64,000 bases of DNA from Amoeboaphelidium protococcarum X5 (Eukaryota; Fungi; Aphelidiomycota), in contig JALDTO010000206.1 of assembly GCA_023515725.1 (NCBI GenBank), forward strand, positions 112,441 to 176,440. Reading direction: 5' to 3'. Shown piece after piece: positions 52,392 through 63,357 of this stretch. A program made the translations under genes and the position numbers. Position 1 is the first letter of the stretch; the number at the start of each line of letters is the position of its first letter. A model generated the notes under the pieces. It saw only the letters and a program-made list of their open reading frames with translations, searched no databases and was not told the DNA's origin.

Positions 52392-53699
52392 TCATGGATA
52401 AAACCAAAAGGCAATGCCTATAATTACGTAGGAACACAGGAGCATAAGCCCTTCCAAGTAGTGTGATTGACCATCTGCAATCACATAGTTGACCATAAGC
52501 ACAGATCCGAACAGAGAGAAAGACTCAAACGCGTGAAAGTCCAACGTCATGGCCTTGTTCAATATCCAGCCCACAATCACAGTTAACGGAGTAACGAACA
52601 GTGCAATCTGAAGTGATGATCCCACCGCTATTCCTACAGCAATCTCCATCTTGTTCTTCATAGCGAAAGTGATGGCACCAACATGCTCAGCCGCATTTCC
52701 TACAATAGGGATAAGAATGAGAGAGACAAACGTCTCGGATATTCCGAAATCTTTTGTGATCGGTTCAATAGAGCTAACCAGAGCATCCGCAGCTAGAGAC
52801 ACAAACACAGTGATAGAAACAAGTACAGCCAACGCGACCCAAAATAAAGTGTGAGGAACTTCAGCCTCTTCTTCGTCACTTTAATTGTTAAGGTCGCTAG
52901 CTGGCTCCGGGGAGGCCTGACCGGAAGGAGAGGCAATGCCAGCCTCATTAGCACTGGTACCAACTTCAGAGTAGACATGGCTATGCGTCCTCAACTGAAA
53001 GACTACATAGGCAATATAGACGATTATCAGCAATATTGAACTGCCGCGAGACAGTGCCAATACACCTTTCTACTTATTAGTCGCATCTTCATGTAGAGAT
53101 AGGTCAAATGCTGCAGGTAACAGTATAGATAGAACTGTCAATGACAATAGGGCAGCAGAAGTCTGAGCTCCAACATTGCTGAATGATTGCACCTTGTACT
53201 TGAGTCCGCCAAAAAAGAAGCAACACCCCAACACTAGAAGAATATTCGACAGAATGCTACCTAACAGCGACGCCTGCACGACGCGTATCAGATTATTAGA
53301 CAGGGCAATTATAGATATAATCAGTTCAATCGCATTACCAAAAGTAGCATTTAAAAGAGCACCAACTGCAGCAGAAGTCCTTAAAGCCAGCTCCTCTGTC
53401 GCTACACCAAGCATCTTTGACAGCGGAATGATTGCCACAAAATTCAATATGAATGTTGCCAACGGACTCCAATGGGCATACTCAGCAGCTAAACCAAAGG
53501 GAAGCACTAGGACTAACCAGTTCAGTTTACTGCCTAAAAGCAGAAATTTAAGAGACGATTGTACCGTGATATTGCCACTTTCACCATGAGACGCGGGACG
53601 TCCATCTTCCGCGGCTCCATCTTACAGCTGGTTATAAGAGTCATTTTAACCGTTGGGGGATCTTACTGCCATAAGGTGTTATGAAACTGATTTGATCAT
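52392..53699 (-). CDS. VCX1: Vacuolar Ca2+/H+ antiporter (CAX/Vcx1), ~435 aa
   Basis: Alpha repeats LLNATFGNAIE and PIVGNAAEH, plus GSSLQIALFVTP and multiple TMs. The start may be 53672. Confidence 0.94.
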
Positions 53700-53900
53700 A
53701 ATTATATGGAAGCGGGGTTCAAAATGTAAGGTAAACAAAGCACCGAGATAAATTTAAATTCCACTTTACTGAATCAAAGACGGATCAAAAAGAAAGAAAT
53801 GACGTAAGATCCTTTTTGAAGTAGTTCATTACAATTATATATATTAATATCACGAAATTTCACTGATTCGTTCACTTATTCAAAAGCCAACACCATAAGC

Positions 53901-54605
53901 TCATGCTCTCTCGGTCAAGTGAGGCTTAATGAAAGTGATTAGGTCCATAAGTTGCTTCATTGCAGCGGCTCTAGTTGGATCTTGAACGCGTGCGACTAAA
54001 GGCAAATAGTCATCCAGAGAATAGCAACGGCTAGGATTCATAGGCGTGTCCAAGTCCTTACTCGGGAAGTTTCTGTCAAACTCCTTGAAGTACAATACGT
54101 CTTCATCAAACTCTTGAAATTTGATATAATCACCTTTGCGAATACCGCCACTTTAGTCCTTATTAGAGACAAACATTCTACCAAGCGCAAGGTCAAAGAA
54201 GTTTACATTAGAGTACTTGTCCACTGACACGCCGTCAACGACAGAAGAGCCTTCAGACACAGCATTCGCAAAAAGGTCAGGAATTGTGTAATACAAACCA
54301 TCTAAGCGGACGCACTCTTTAACTCCAAAGATATCTAATCCAGCCATGACTAGCTCTTAGTCAGAGTACAAAAAGATGTTCAACCCATACTGACGAACCC
54401 CAATTTCAAGCAGAAGTTGATTTTGGTCTCTATCCATCAACAGGTTAACATTGTCAAAGAAATTAGAATTATCCGGAATCTCAATACGCGTTGAGAATCT
54501 ATTGACCATTGGCGACACCGCATTCTCGCTCAGAACAATTTCATGTTACTGAGGTAGACCTAAAGCCAGTCCAATAATGCACAGAGGGATTAAATGTTTA
54601 AACAT
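53901..54605 (-). CDS. Uncharacterised secreted protein, tandem paralog A, ~234 aa
   Basis: Signal peptide MFKHLIPLCIIGLALG. Shares SPMV, VDGVSVDKYSNVNF, MFVSNKDQSGGIRKGD and PMNPSRC with the neighbouring gene. Confidence 0.8.
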
Positions 54606-54998
54606 ATTTTCAGTAATAAATAAGCTTGGTAGTAGTGGAGATGAAGTGATGTTGAGAGAAACGCGAAATTTGGGGCAAGACGCGTTCGATTTGATAATCA
54701 TTGTGGCTTTGATTAGTCGCACAAGGCATGCCCCCTTAAATTGAGAATAGTCTTACAAGATATGCGTGAATGCTGCAACAAAAAGGCTAAATTTTATGCA
54801 AATTCGATTAATTATTTAAATGTGATATATATAATAAGGATATAGAACTAGGAACATTGCAAAAGCTTACACTGTTATAATCGAAATCGACCTTGCCCTC
54901 GAAGTCTGCGCATAATCACAAGGCTTCGGTTCCCTAACTGGTGAGAAAACTAAAGCCCAATTCTGCATCATATCAATTACCAGTGTTCATCTCTCAAT

Positions 54999-55697
54999 TC
55001 AAACTTCAACTTTGTCGTTAGAACGACTTTCATTTTAAGCAACTTATAGGACACGTCTTAATACACTAGAGGAATTCATCGCAGACTGAACGTCATCAAG
55101 CACGACGCACTTCTTCGGATTAACAGGAGCTCTCAGTCTACCATCGCGGAAACGACGCTGAAACTTTGAAAAGTTCACTTGAGCATAACCAATATCCAAT
55201 TGAACAAAATCTCCCAGCTTTATTCCATTACTCTAATCTTTGTTTGAGACGTACATTGTGCCGGTGAGTATTCCCATAAAATTGACGTTGTCATACTGAT
55301 CCACGGAGATGCCGTCAACTTCAGTTGATCCTACATGATGGGCACCAGCGAAAAAGTCGGAGCCATCGTAACTACAATTCGGCAAGTACACACATTCAGT
55401 CAGCGGTCCCAGAGAGGCCATCGCAATGCACCCCTTGTCGTCGGTATAGAAATTCAATTTTATAAACGCAGTCTTTATGTTAATTGATAGTAGGAACGAT
55501 CTCTTACTTTAATCAAACCACACCTGCCCATCGGCGTATTCATCAAAATCCGGTTCCTCAATAACGGAATAAAACTTGGGCACCATTGGGCTATTCAGCA
55601 ACTACAGTGCATGTTGATCCTGAGGCAGACAGCTGACATGACTGGCAACAAGCAATAGAATACAACCAGTAGATGTGTTCAAAAACTACTTGAACAT
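54999..55697 (-). CDS. Uncharacterised secreted protein, tandem paralog B, ~232 aa
   Basis: Signal peptide ...CILLLVASHVSC, then SPMV, VDGISVDQYDNVNF, MYVSNKDQSNGIKLGD and PVNPKKC. Confidence 0.8.
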
Positions 55698-56233
55698 TAT
55701 TATGACTCAACTCAATTTACGCGGATAAGTCGAAAGGAAAGTCTCAGCCACTTGAAACAAATGAAATGATTGAAGCTACAGCTCCTTTCTACAGTACATC
55801 GATATTTACATAGCGTTGCAGAATTAAGTGATGATATTGGACTTGAATTTTATAGTCGGCGTTTGCTTTCAAATTTTCATATTCAAGACTTCTGTAAACT
55901 ATATTGATCGCGCACTGCACAGATAGACATACAGAAATTACTCGGTCAGCGCGTAAACGTGTTTCATTCACGAGAGTATATTGAGTGACACGGGGTGTCT
56001 GTTTCCTCGTAATACTGTCATATAACATGTGGAGGTCAAAGTATATCACCACAGCATCACTTGTGGCAGTCTTGAGCAAATTTATGAGAGTAATCAGCGT
56101 TGTCAAGGAGTTCTATGGCCGAACAGGCAAAGTTTGCTTAGTTACAGACCAATTGGAAATAGTACTGCCGTATGATGAGGAACTAGTCTAACTCAAACCG
56201 CATAAACTTCGACTTTAAATCGCTCAATAAAAA

Positions 56234-57124
56234 ATGGTTCAATTTTTTTAATAGTCTAGTTCCCTGTATGTCATCTTGATGTGTGTGCTCTATGCTCTGA
56301 TCATCATGGTCTCTGTGTATCTTGTTTCAGGTGGAAGAGTCGCCTCTCCTCAACTAAGCAGTAAGGAGAACTAGCGCATATAGAGAAATATTACACTTCC
56401 TACTAAGAGGCTACAGAATAACGTTGTATCATTCGGCTTATACGGTAACGACCCGAGATATACGACTGGCGCTTTGCATAATGCTGAATTGGTAAAGTAC
56501 ATCCTGCCTGGATGGAAATGCAGATTTTACATTGATGATTCAGTTCCCAATGACGTTGTGAATGCTTTAATTGAAGAGGGATCAGAGATTATTAGAGTTG
56601 ATAACATTAAAGGAGGTGTGGCTGGGATGTTTTGGCGATTTCTTGTGGCAGACGATACCACTGTGGATAGATACATTGTCAGGGATGCCGACTCGAGACT
56701 GTCCATGCGTGAGAAATTGGCGATTGATGAATGGATTGCTTCTGGTAAGTCATTCCATATTATCCGAGATCATCCTAATCATGGATATTTGATGAATGGT
56801 GGCCTGTGGGGCGGTACTAAGAACGCACTTAAAGTCAACATGACTGAATTGGTCACTAAACAGTCATCTAAAGACAGTTACCTCGCCGACATGTAGTTTT
56901 TATGGGATCAAGTATACCCATAGATTGAAAATGATCACATTGCACATGACGCGTACCATTGTGAACGGTTTAAACACTCAATATCGTTTCCAAGTCGTAG
57001 AATTAATTTTGAAATTGTTGGCGGTGTGTATGGCCCTGATGATGTACCGCGTGAAGGTGATCGTCGTTTACTGACGACTGCGCCTGAGGAATGTAGACGC
57101 AAAAAGCATTGGACTTATGGCTGA
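56234..57124 (+). CDS. Type II membrane putative glycosyltransferase (GT-A-like, RDADSR), ~296 aa
   Basis: N-terminal TM, then VVSFGLYGNDPRYTTGALHNA, PGWKCRFYID, GMFWRFLVADD, IVRDADSRLS and FHIIRDHPNH...MNGGLWG. Confidence 0.75.
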
Positions 57125-57508
57125 TTAATAACTTCAAATATATTTAGATATTAAATGTATGGCTCTTTTAATTTAGTGGAAAGACTTGACAACTTTCATC
57201 CTACAGGAGAGGTACTCTTACGGTAGATATAAGATCCAGCGTTTACATGAGCTAGTCATCCAAGTGATATGCCAAAGAGTTATAGTACTGTTTAACGCGT
57301 ATTTTGTCTTGCAAAATGCCTGAAAAGAATGTTCATAGCAATTTTTTCAAATTGGGCCACCCTGATCTTGACAACGAAGATCTGACACTGAAAATATACT
57401 GTCAATGATAAGATAATTTTAGCATCTATCGATTGATGTCACTCTCTTTTAATAAAGAAAATCAATTTATCATATCTTAAAGTCTGCAAACTCACTAATT
57501 TATCTAGA

Positions 57509-58185
57509 ATGTTCAAGATACCGCTGTTTATTTTGATCACGTGCCTATTGGTAAGATTGTTTCAAGTTTGAATCGTTCATTGACCGCGTCCTGAGTGTAG
57601 ATCTTACCTGCTTATGCTGATCAATGCATTGATTTAAGCAAGTCGCTGTGTGGTAGATTTGGTGTCAACTTCAGTATGCCCTTCATTCCAATGGGTGGCA
57701 TGAACTCCGTTGCTGATTTTGATAATATGCTCACCTAGTACGTCAAGAGTAACAATGAAAAGATTGATGGGTAGTGCGGAGTCGCGGTGAATATCAATCG
57801 CATTGATAATGGTGCTCAGTATGCGTGCTTTGTTGTGGCGTAGACTGCGTCAAAGTTGGCTCTAGCTCTGAATGCAACCGGATTCTCTCAATGCAACAAT
57901 GGCGTCACCTCATTGCCTCTGAATTAGCAGGTGTGCAGAAGCTCTTGTGTGAAATTTTTGTAAAACACTAATGGCTATCTGTTGGCTAGTGGATGCAAAA
58001 ATACTGTTGGCCTGACAAAGAATGCTACTGAAATCACGGAGCTGTGTCAATACTATCCTGAAAACGATGGATGTTATCTGATCAGTGAGGGCTTGTAGTC
58101 CAATTTGTTAACCAGCGATTCCTATGCTATCAAGATGAGCGGATTCGCCTTGACCGCATTGACCATTATCTACAGTCTTTTGTGA
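57509..58185 (+). CDS. Cys-rich secreted, probably GPI-anchored protein (Frizzled-CRD-like), 2 exons, ~208 aa (absent from ORF track)
   Basis: Signal MFKIPLFILITCLL|ILPAYA, about 10 Cys including VCRSSC, and hydrophobic tail FALTALTIIYSLL*. Intron 57551-57600. Confidence 0.72.
57551..57600 (+). other. Spliceosomal intron, 50 nt (Cys-rich gene)
   Basis: GTAAGA...TTGAC...GAGTGTAG; removal completes the signal peptide in frame. Confidence 0.85.
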
Positions 58186-58307
58186 TGAAGTCATGATTTG
58201 AATAGAATGTTTTCTTGCTAAATATTCTTGACATGCATATGAACATTAAAAAATCTAATAGGCCAACTAAAAGTTAAACGCGATACTTTATTATTACAAA
58301 AATACCA

Positions 58308-59210
58308 TCAACGGAGTTAGGACTATGTGTCGACACTAACGGAGGGGTCATCATTTGACGTGCCATTCGGCTTATCGAAATGATTAGGAAACAGTTCATA
58401 CTTCAACTGAGGTAGCCATTAATCCAAGTGACTCCAAGTAGCTTTCCACATTGCGTTCTCAATTTGAGGGCCATGATCTACAGCTTCAATAACCGAGCCG
58501 AAAACAGGAGAGGTGGATAAGACTAGAAGCATATTCTTGATAGACTCTGGAATTGCCTCTAACAGTGTCGATGCCTCTGGTCGCAACTATTGCAAACGAG
58601 AGGAGTTTAAGGTGCCTTGATTATTATTGCTCTAGTCCTAATCACCGACGGCATGATAAAATCTTTATAAAGAATCCAGAATCGAAGTCCACAGCGCAAT
58701 TTGTGATTCTTCAGATAGATTCTCGTATATAGTCTGACTGTAATGCAGATACACCTTGCACAGAAGTGTACATAATCTTATGGGAACCTCATCCATTTAT
58801 GTAACAGTCACAGGTTGTACCGAATTAGCAGAATCTTCATCAGCAGATGGTGGCTCCACTAGACGAAGCACCTGATCAACGAACGGTATCAGAACATCGT
58901 GAAAAATCAGCTCAGCATTCCACTGCCCGTTACTCTTCTCTATATTTGGTAGAAGCAGAGCTCTCTATAAATATGAAAAGGTTTACTACCGAATCTCCTT
59001 GACGCTGTTGAGGCAGTTGGATGCAAGAACTTTCAGAGTTGGTAACCAGAACAGAGTCCAGAAATCGTCCTACTCCACGATATCATATCCGAGTTTACTT
59101 GCCAGTGAGTAAATGGTACGCAATGATTCAAGAGCTCTGTTAGTAGCATCCTATTTAAGAGCATTGTCTTGGTATAATTATTTTAAGTCTGGGGATGAAC
59201 TTTGCGACAT
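58308..59210 (-). CDS. Stand-alone GBF1/Gea C-terminal HDS3-domain protein without Sec7, ~300 aa (absent from ORF track)
   Basis: FWLPTLKVLASNCLNSVKEIRQQTFSYLQRALL, MDEVPIRLCTLLCKVYLH, LWTSILD, LLEAIPESIKNMLLVL and MWKATWSHLDQWLPQLKYELFP follow the GBF1 C-terminus as I recall it. Confidence 0.82.
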
Positions 59211-59338
59211 GATTATAAAATTCGCCGGAAGTGATCAAGAGATAGAACAAAGAGAAAGCAAGTCAGTAAAAAAGCTGAGAACGTGAAGCAACAAAGTCTA
59301 AACCCCACTAGTATATATTATCATCATTATTATTCTAA

Positions 59339-61999
59339 TCATTTAACTTCCTTCAACTTAAAGTGTCCAATTAACAAAACAAGAGTAATCATTACCAACG
59401 TTTAGCACATCAATATTATGGCGTCCCTTGAATACGCGGTCACATCCAAGCCAAAGAATGTCGACACAACCACTACACCTGGTAGGACTACGTTACTTCC
59501 GGCTAGATTGTCTGTAAATGTAATCAGTGCACCTTCATTCACTGCCAAAGCCTCGAAGGAGAATCTAATCAACGACAGATACTACAGCCAACCGATGAAG
59601 CTGCGCATGTTACGAATATTAATGAGCAACCCTCCAAATAGCATAAAGAACAGTATGCAAGAACTGGCCACCACGTTTGCAGATCCAGGACGCGGAATCA
59701 ATATACCTACCAGGAGACAGAAGGCGCCCATCAGTACACTGAAACAACACATAATCAACAGGTATCTAGAGAATGCCTCTGCCGTGTTCACATAGCCAAT
59801 CATAAAGTATGATATTGGTACAGATACAAGAGTAGGCAGCAGACGGTATGGTACAATATCAGTTAGAATCTTTACCGTGAAATACACAGCACCAGTATAA
59901 TACCCACGGCTCTTCTCACGAAGGAACACTGGGCGCTCACTAGAAAATGACGCCAAAGTACTCATGGAGGCAAACGCGTTAAAGACCAAGTTGAAGAACA
60001 GAGACCCAAATCTGTTCTGTGCTGAAGCCAGCGAATAGCCAACATCGAAGAATATTGCACCGAGGACTATCTGGCCCACAATAGCAATACCAAATTATAG
60101 AACCAATAGCCAAGGATTGCGAATCATTTGGCGGATAGCACGATGGAATACTTGCGTGAATTAAGTCAGCGATGAAGTACGGATCTCTGGCGTATCATTG
60201 ACGGAATCTTGTAGAGGGACAGCCTACTCTTCAGAAATTATAAGACGCAGACTCTCTGATCTTGGAATACTATTCGTAGTGTCAACACTGTCTCTGCTGT
60301 CATAGACTTCAGAAGCTTTACGCAACTCATAAGCGTAGTCAATAATGTGATCTGCCATCGAATATCCGTCAGGACAAGGAAACTTCAAGTTATCAAAGAA
60401 CTATGACAACTCGCCAAGTTTATCACAATAAGCTGAGCAACCGTGGCTCATAATCATAACCTTATCAAACAGATTGAACAAGTCACTACGAGGCTGATGA
60501 ATGTTTACCACTGCAATTATTCCCTATGATTTGCACAGTCTTTACACGTACTAGATTACTGAGAAGGCAGTTTTAGAATCGAGACCACTAGTAATTTCGT
60601 CCAAAAATAGTATAGAAGGAGAATTGATAAGCTCCAAAGCAATACTCAATCGACGCGCTTCACCGCCAGATATTCTTCTAAAATCGCCGTGTCCAACTAC
60701 GGTGTGTTGTATTTTCAGTAAATCCAACTGGTTCAGAATATCATACACTTTCTTCATCTTCTACTTACGCGGCATACTGTCAGGCAATCTACACATTGCA
60801 GCAAACTCAACAGCCTCCCGCACTGTAGTAGAGTTGATAAACTAATCTTATTGATCCACATAGCCAGATATAGGAAGGATAGATTTCGAGCGACTATTAA
60901 TTTCGACGCCATCAATAAATATTCGGCCAGAGATACGTCCACTCTTCTTGATACCGGCCAGAATGTCCAACAATGTACTCTTGCCAGCACCAGATGCGCC
61001 CATTACAGCCACTAAATCTCCCGCTTTGAATGCACCTGACACGCCATGAAGCAATTGCTTTGATGCTCCATTCTAAACTATCTCGTAACCAATTTTTTGA
61101 AATTCAAAAGTGGAAATACGCCTCAAATCATGTAGTGGCCTGTTGGTTAACACTCGCTTCTGGTACAAACAGAATGCCAGTCCGCCCAATACCAAACATC
61201 CGACAAACAAACCAACAGCTAGCGCAGCAGAATCGCCAGTGTTTAGCTGACCGGTATTATTGGGGACATACACTCCGCACTCGCCGTACTTGCAATTATC
61301 TGATGGTATTCCTTCAGGGAAGAACTAATCTATGGCGGGATCTTTGAGCGAACACGTTTTGTCATCCGTACACTTTATAACTGTGGGACCTTTGATCAGC
61401 TCCAGTGTGCTCTTGATCGGCAAAGGTCCTTTGCACAATGTAGCATTATCCTCGCACACACACTTGGATTACTAACAGGTCCACGTTGCAGAATCCTTCC
61501 CAACCAATTATGAGCACTGCGTCATACTGCATGCAAACTGAACCTTGTTATTAAGCCAGATGATAGCATTACAAGTCTACGCCGTAACATCACAATCAGC
61601 AGACATATCAGGACTAACACCGATCGCCAGCTTAATTAGCTCAGAATTAGTTTTACAAAAGTAATTCTTGCGCATCCATGCATTCTAGTTGGAGGTGCAC
61701 ATTTAAATGGGTGCATTCTGACAGGCTCTATCACTGACGCACACTTGGCAGTTCGGTCCTGACCATCCAGCATCACAGCTGCACGACTTGCCACCCAAAG
61801 ATTTCAATGTAGGTCTGCTAGAGTTATAGAGTGACCCGCAGAGGATTTCAGAGCAATCATCACCACTAAGACCACTCAAACACTAACAAGATCCATCATC
61901 AGAGCGACACTGGCCCGCATTCGCACAACCGTCTCTGGTGCAATTGAAAGCGAGCACCACAGACACAAGATATAGCCAAAGCAGTAATACTCGCTTCAT
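59339..61999 (-). CDS. ADP1: ABCG half-transporter with N-terminal EGF/Cys-rich luminal domain (Adp1-like), ~886 aa
   Basis: Signal peptide and EGF-like Cys region, a TM, Walker [10 protein letters not shown], signature [25 protein letters not shown], and the ABC2 membrane domain ([14 protein letters not shown]). Confidence 0.93.
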
Positions 62000-63357
62000 A
62001 TTTCCTGTCGATATACCTAGTATGCCGTAATAAAATAGCGATGTAATAATTACAATCACAATGCTTTCCACAAAGAAGAAGAACTTGCCAGCAGATATGA
62101 AATCAAAAGTTGAAACAATCCAAGATGATTCCGAGATCAAACAAAGGCAGTCTCACCCGAGCTTTTCCGTTATGACTCATTGCTGCGAAAGATCTTATGG
62201 TCATGAAGATGTTGACAACAATAACAAGGCCTTAAATCAGATATAAGTCAATATGTGTTTCAGTTAGAAGTAGTACAGTACAAGAAGATCATTCCCCAAT
62301 CATAGGCTATTCGCATCTTCGAATCACTGTCGTATCTTAAGCGATCAATAAATCCTGATTGATACCATCATATACTCTTGCGGAATAGATCTTTTTTCTT
62401 CTCTTGAAAACATAGAATATTTTTTAATCTAGGTACCAATTGTTTTTATTAGGAAACATTGTAATACTGAAGGTAGGGGACGCTTCGAAAGGAGCCTTCC
62501 TGTTAACTTGTCAATTGGCTCACGCCAAAGAAGAAATAAAGCAACGTCCTTATCTAACAGGTTTAGTTCCTGTTGACGCACAACGAAAAGCGGCTCATGG
62601 ACGCAGCGCGACAGGGCGACCCGTATATGAATCTGCTATACGTCAAGTGAACTACAACTCAAGAAGAATCCGTAATTAAATTTTTCCAAGTTCTTGAATA
62701 AAGGTGCTATTACCGTCATGTTTGGTTTGGCTGGAGGTGTCATTCACAGGACTGAATTGGCTGATTGGTATGAAAGTCGACAAATTTGAAATCTAGTACG
62801 ACTTGAAATTTGATTCTTTGGAGAAGAAGGTGGATACTCTGGAGGTTGATATGAAAAGCAACTTTAAGGAATAAATGCAGATGTTTGGACCCTGTCATAA
62901 AGTCGCAGTAGGCGACTGGCATGAAGATGACAAAGCGCCTACTAGCTTGAAGCAGAGGAGGCGTAACGCGTACTTAAAATTGAAATCATAAGCGAATAGA
63001 CTTTATTCGAGTGGTTAACTCAAACTTATCTTAAAGTCTATAACGTCTTTTTAACGGAGCCCTTCTTTCGAAAGGTTGAAGCGCATGAAGCTTTGCGTAA
63101 ACGAGATAAATCGTCCTAAATAATAGAACTTTTGTACTGTATGTATTCATACCTTTAATTGCATAGTAAAAATCTATGCTTTAAGCGATTTGCTTACCAC
63201 TCGATTTCTAATGAGGAATATCTTGCGCGTTTGCGTGAACATGTGACACAGTCCGAAAATCATGCCCGAAAGGGAACAAAATGTGATTGGACAGCCGCGC
63301 TTTCCGTCTTTTTCTTTTCCTTTCGACTTCTTGGGTACCTTACTACTCTTAAGCCAA

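Noticed and set aside
55745-56230. Long TGA-free minus-strand frame (track ORF 55789-56106)
   Set aside because: No ATG near its 5' end and no recognisable motif. Long open frames arise easily when there is only one stop codon.
62061-62360. Plus-strand ORF upstream of the ABCG gene
   Set aside because: It is short, has no motif and overlaps the presumed ADP1 promoter, so it is unsupported.
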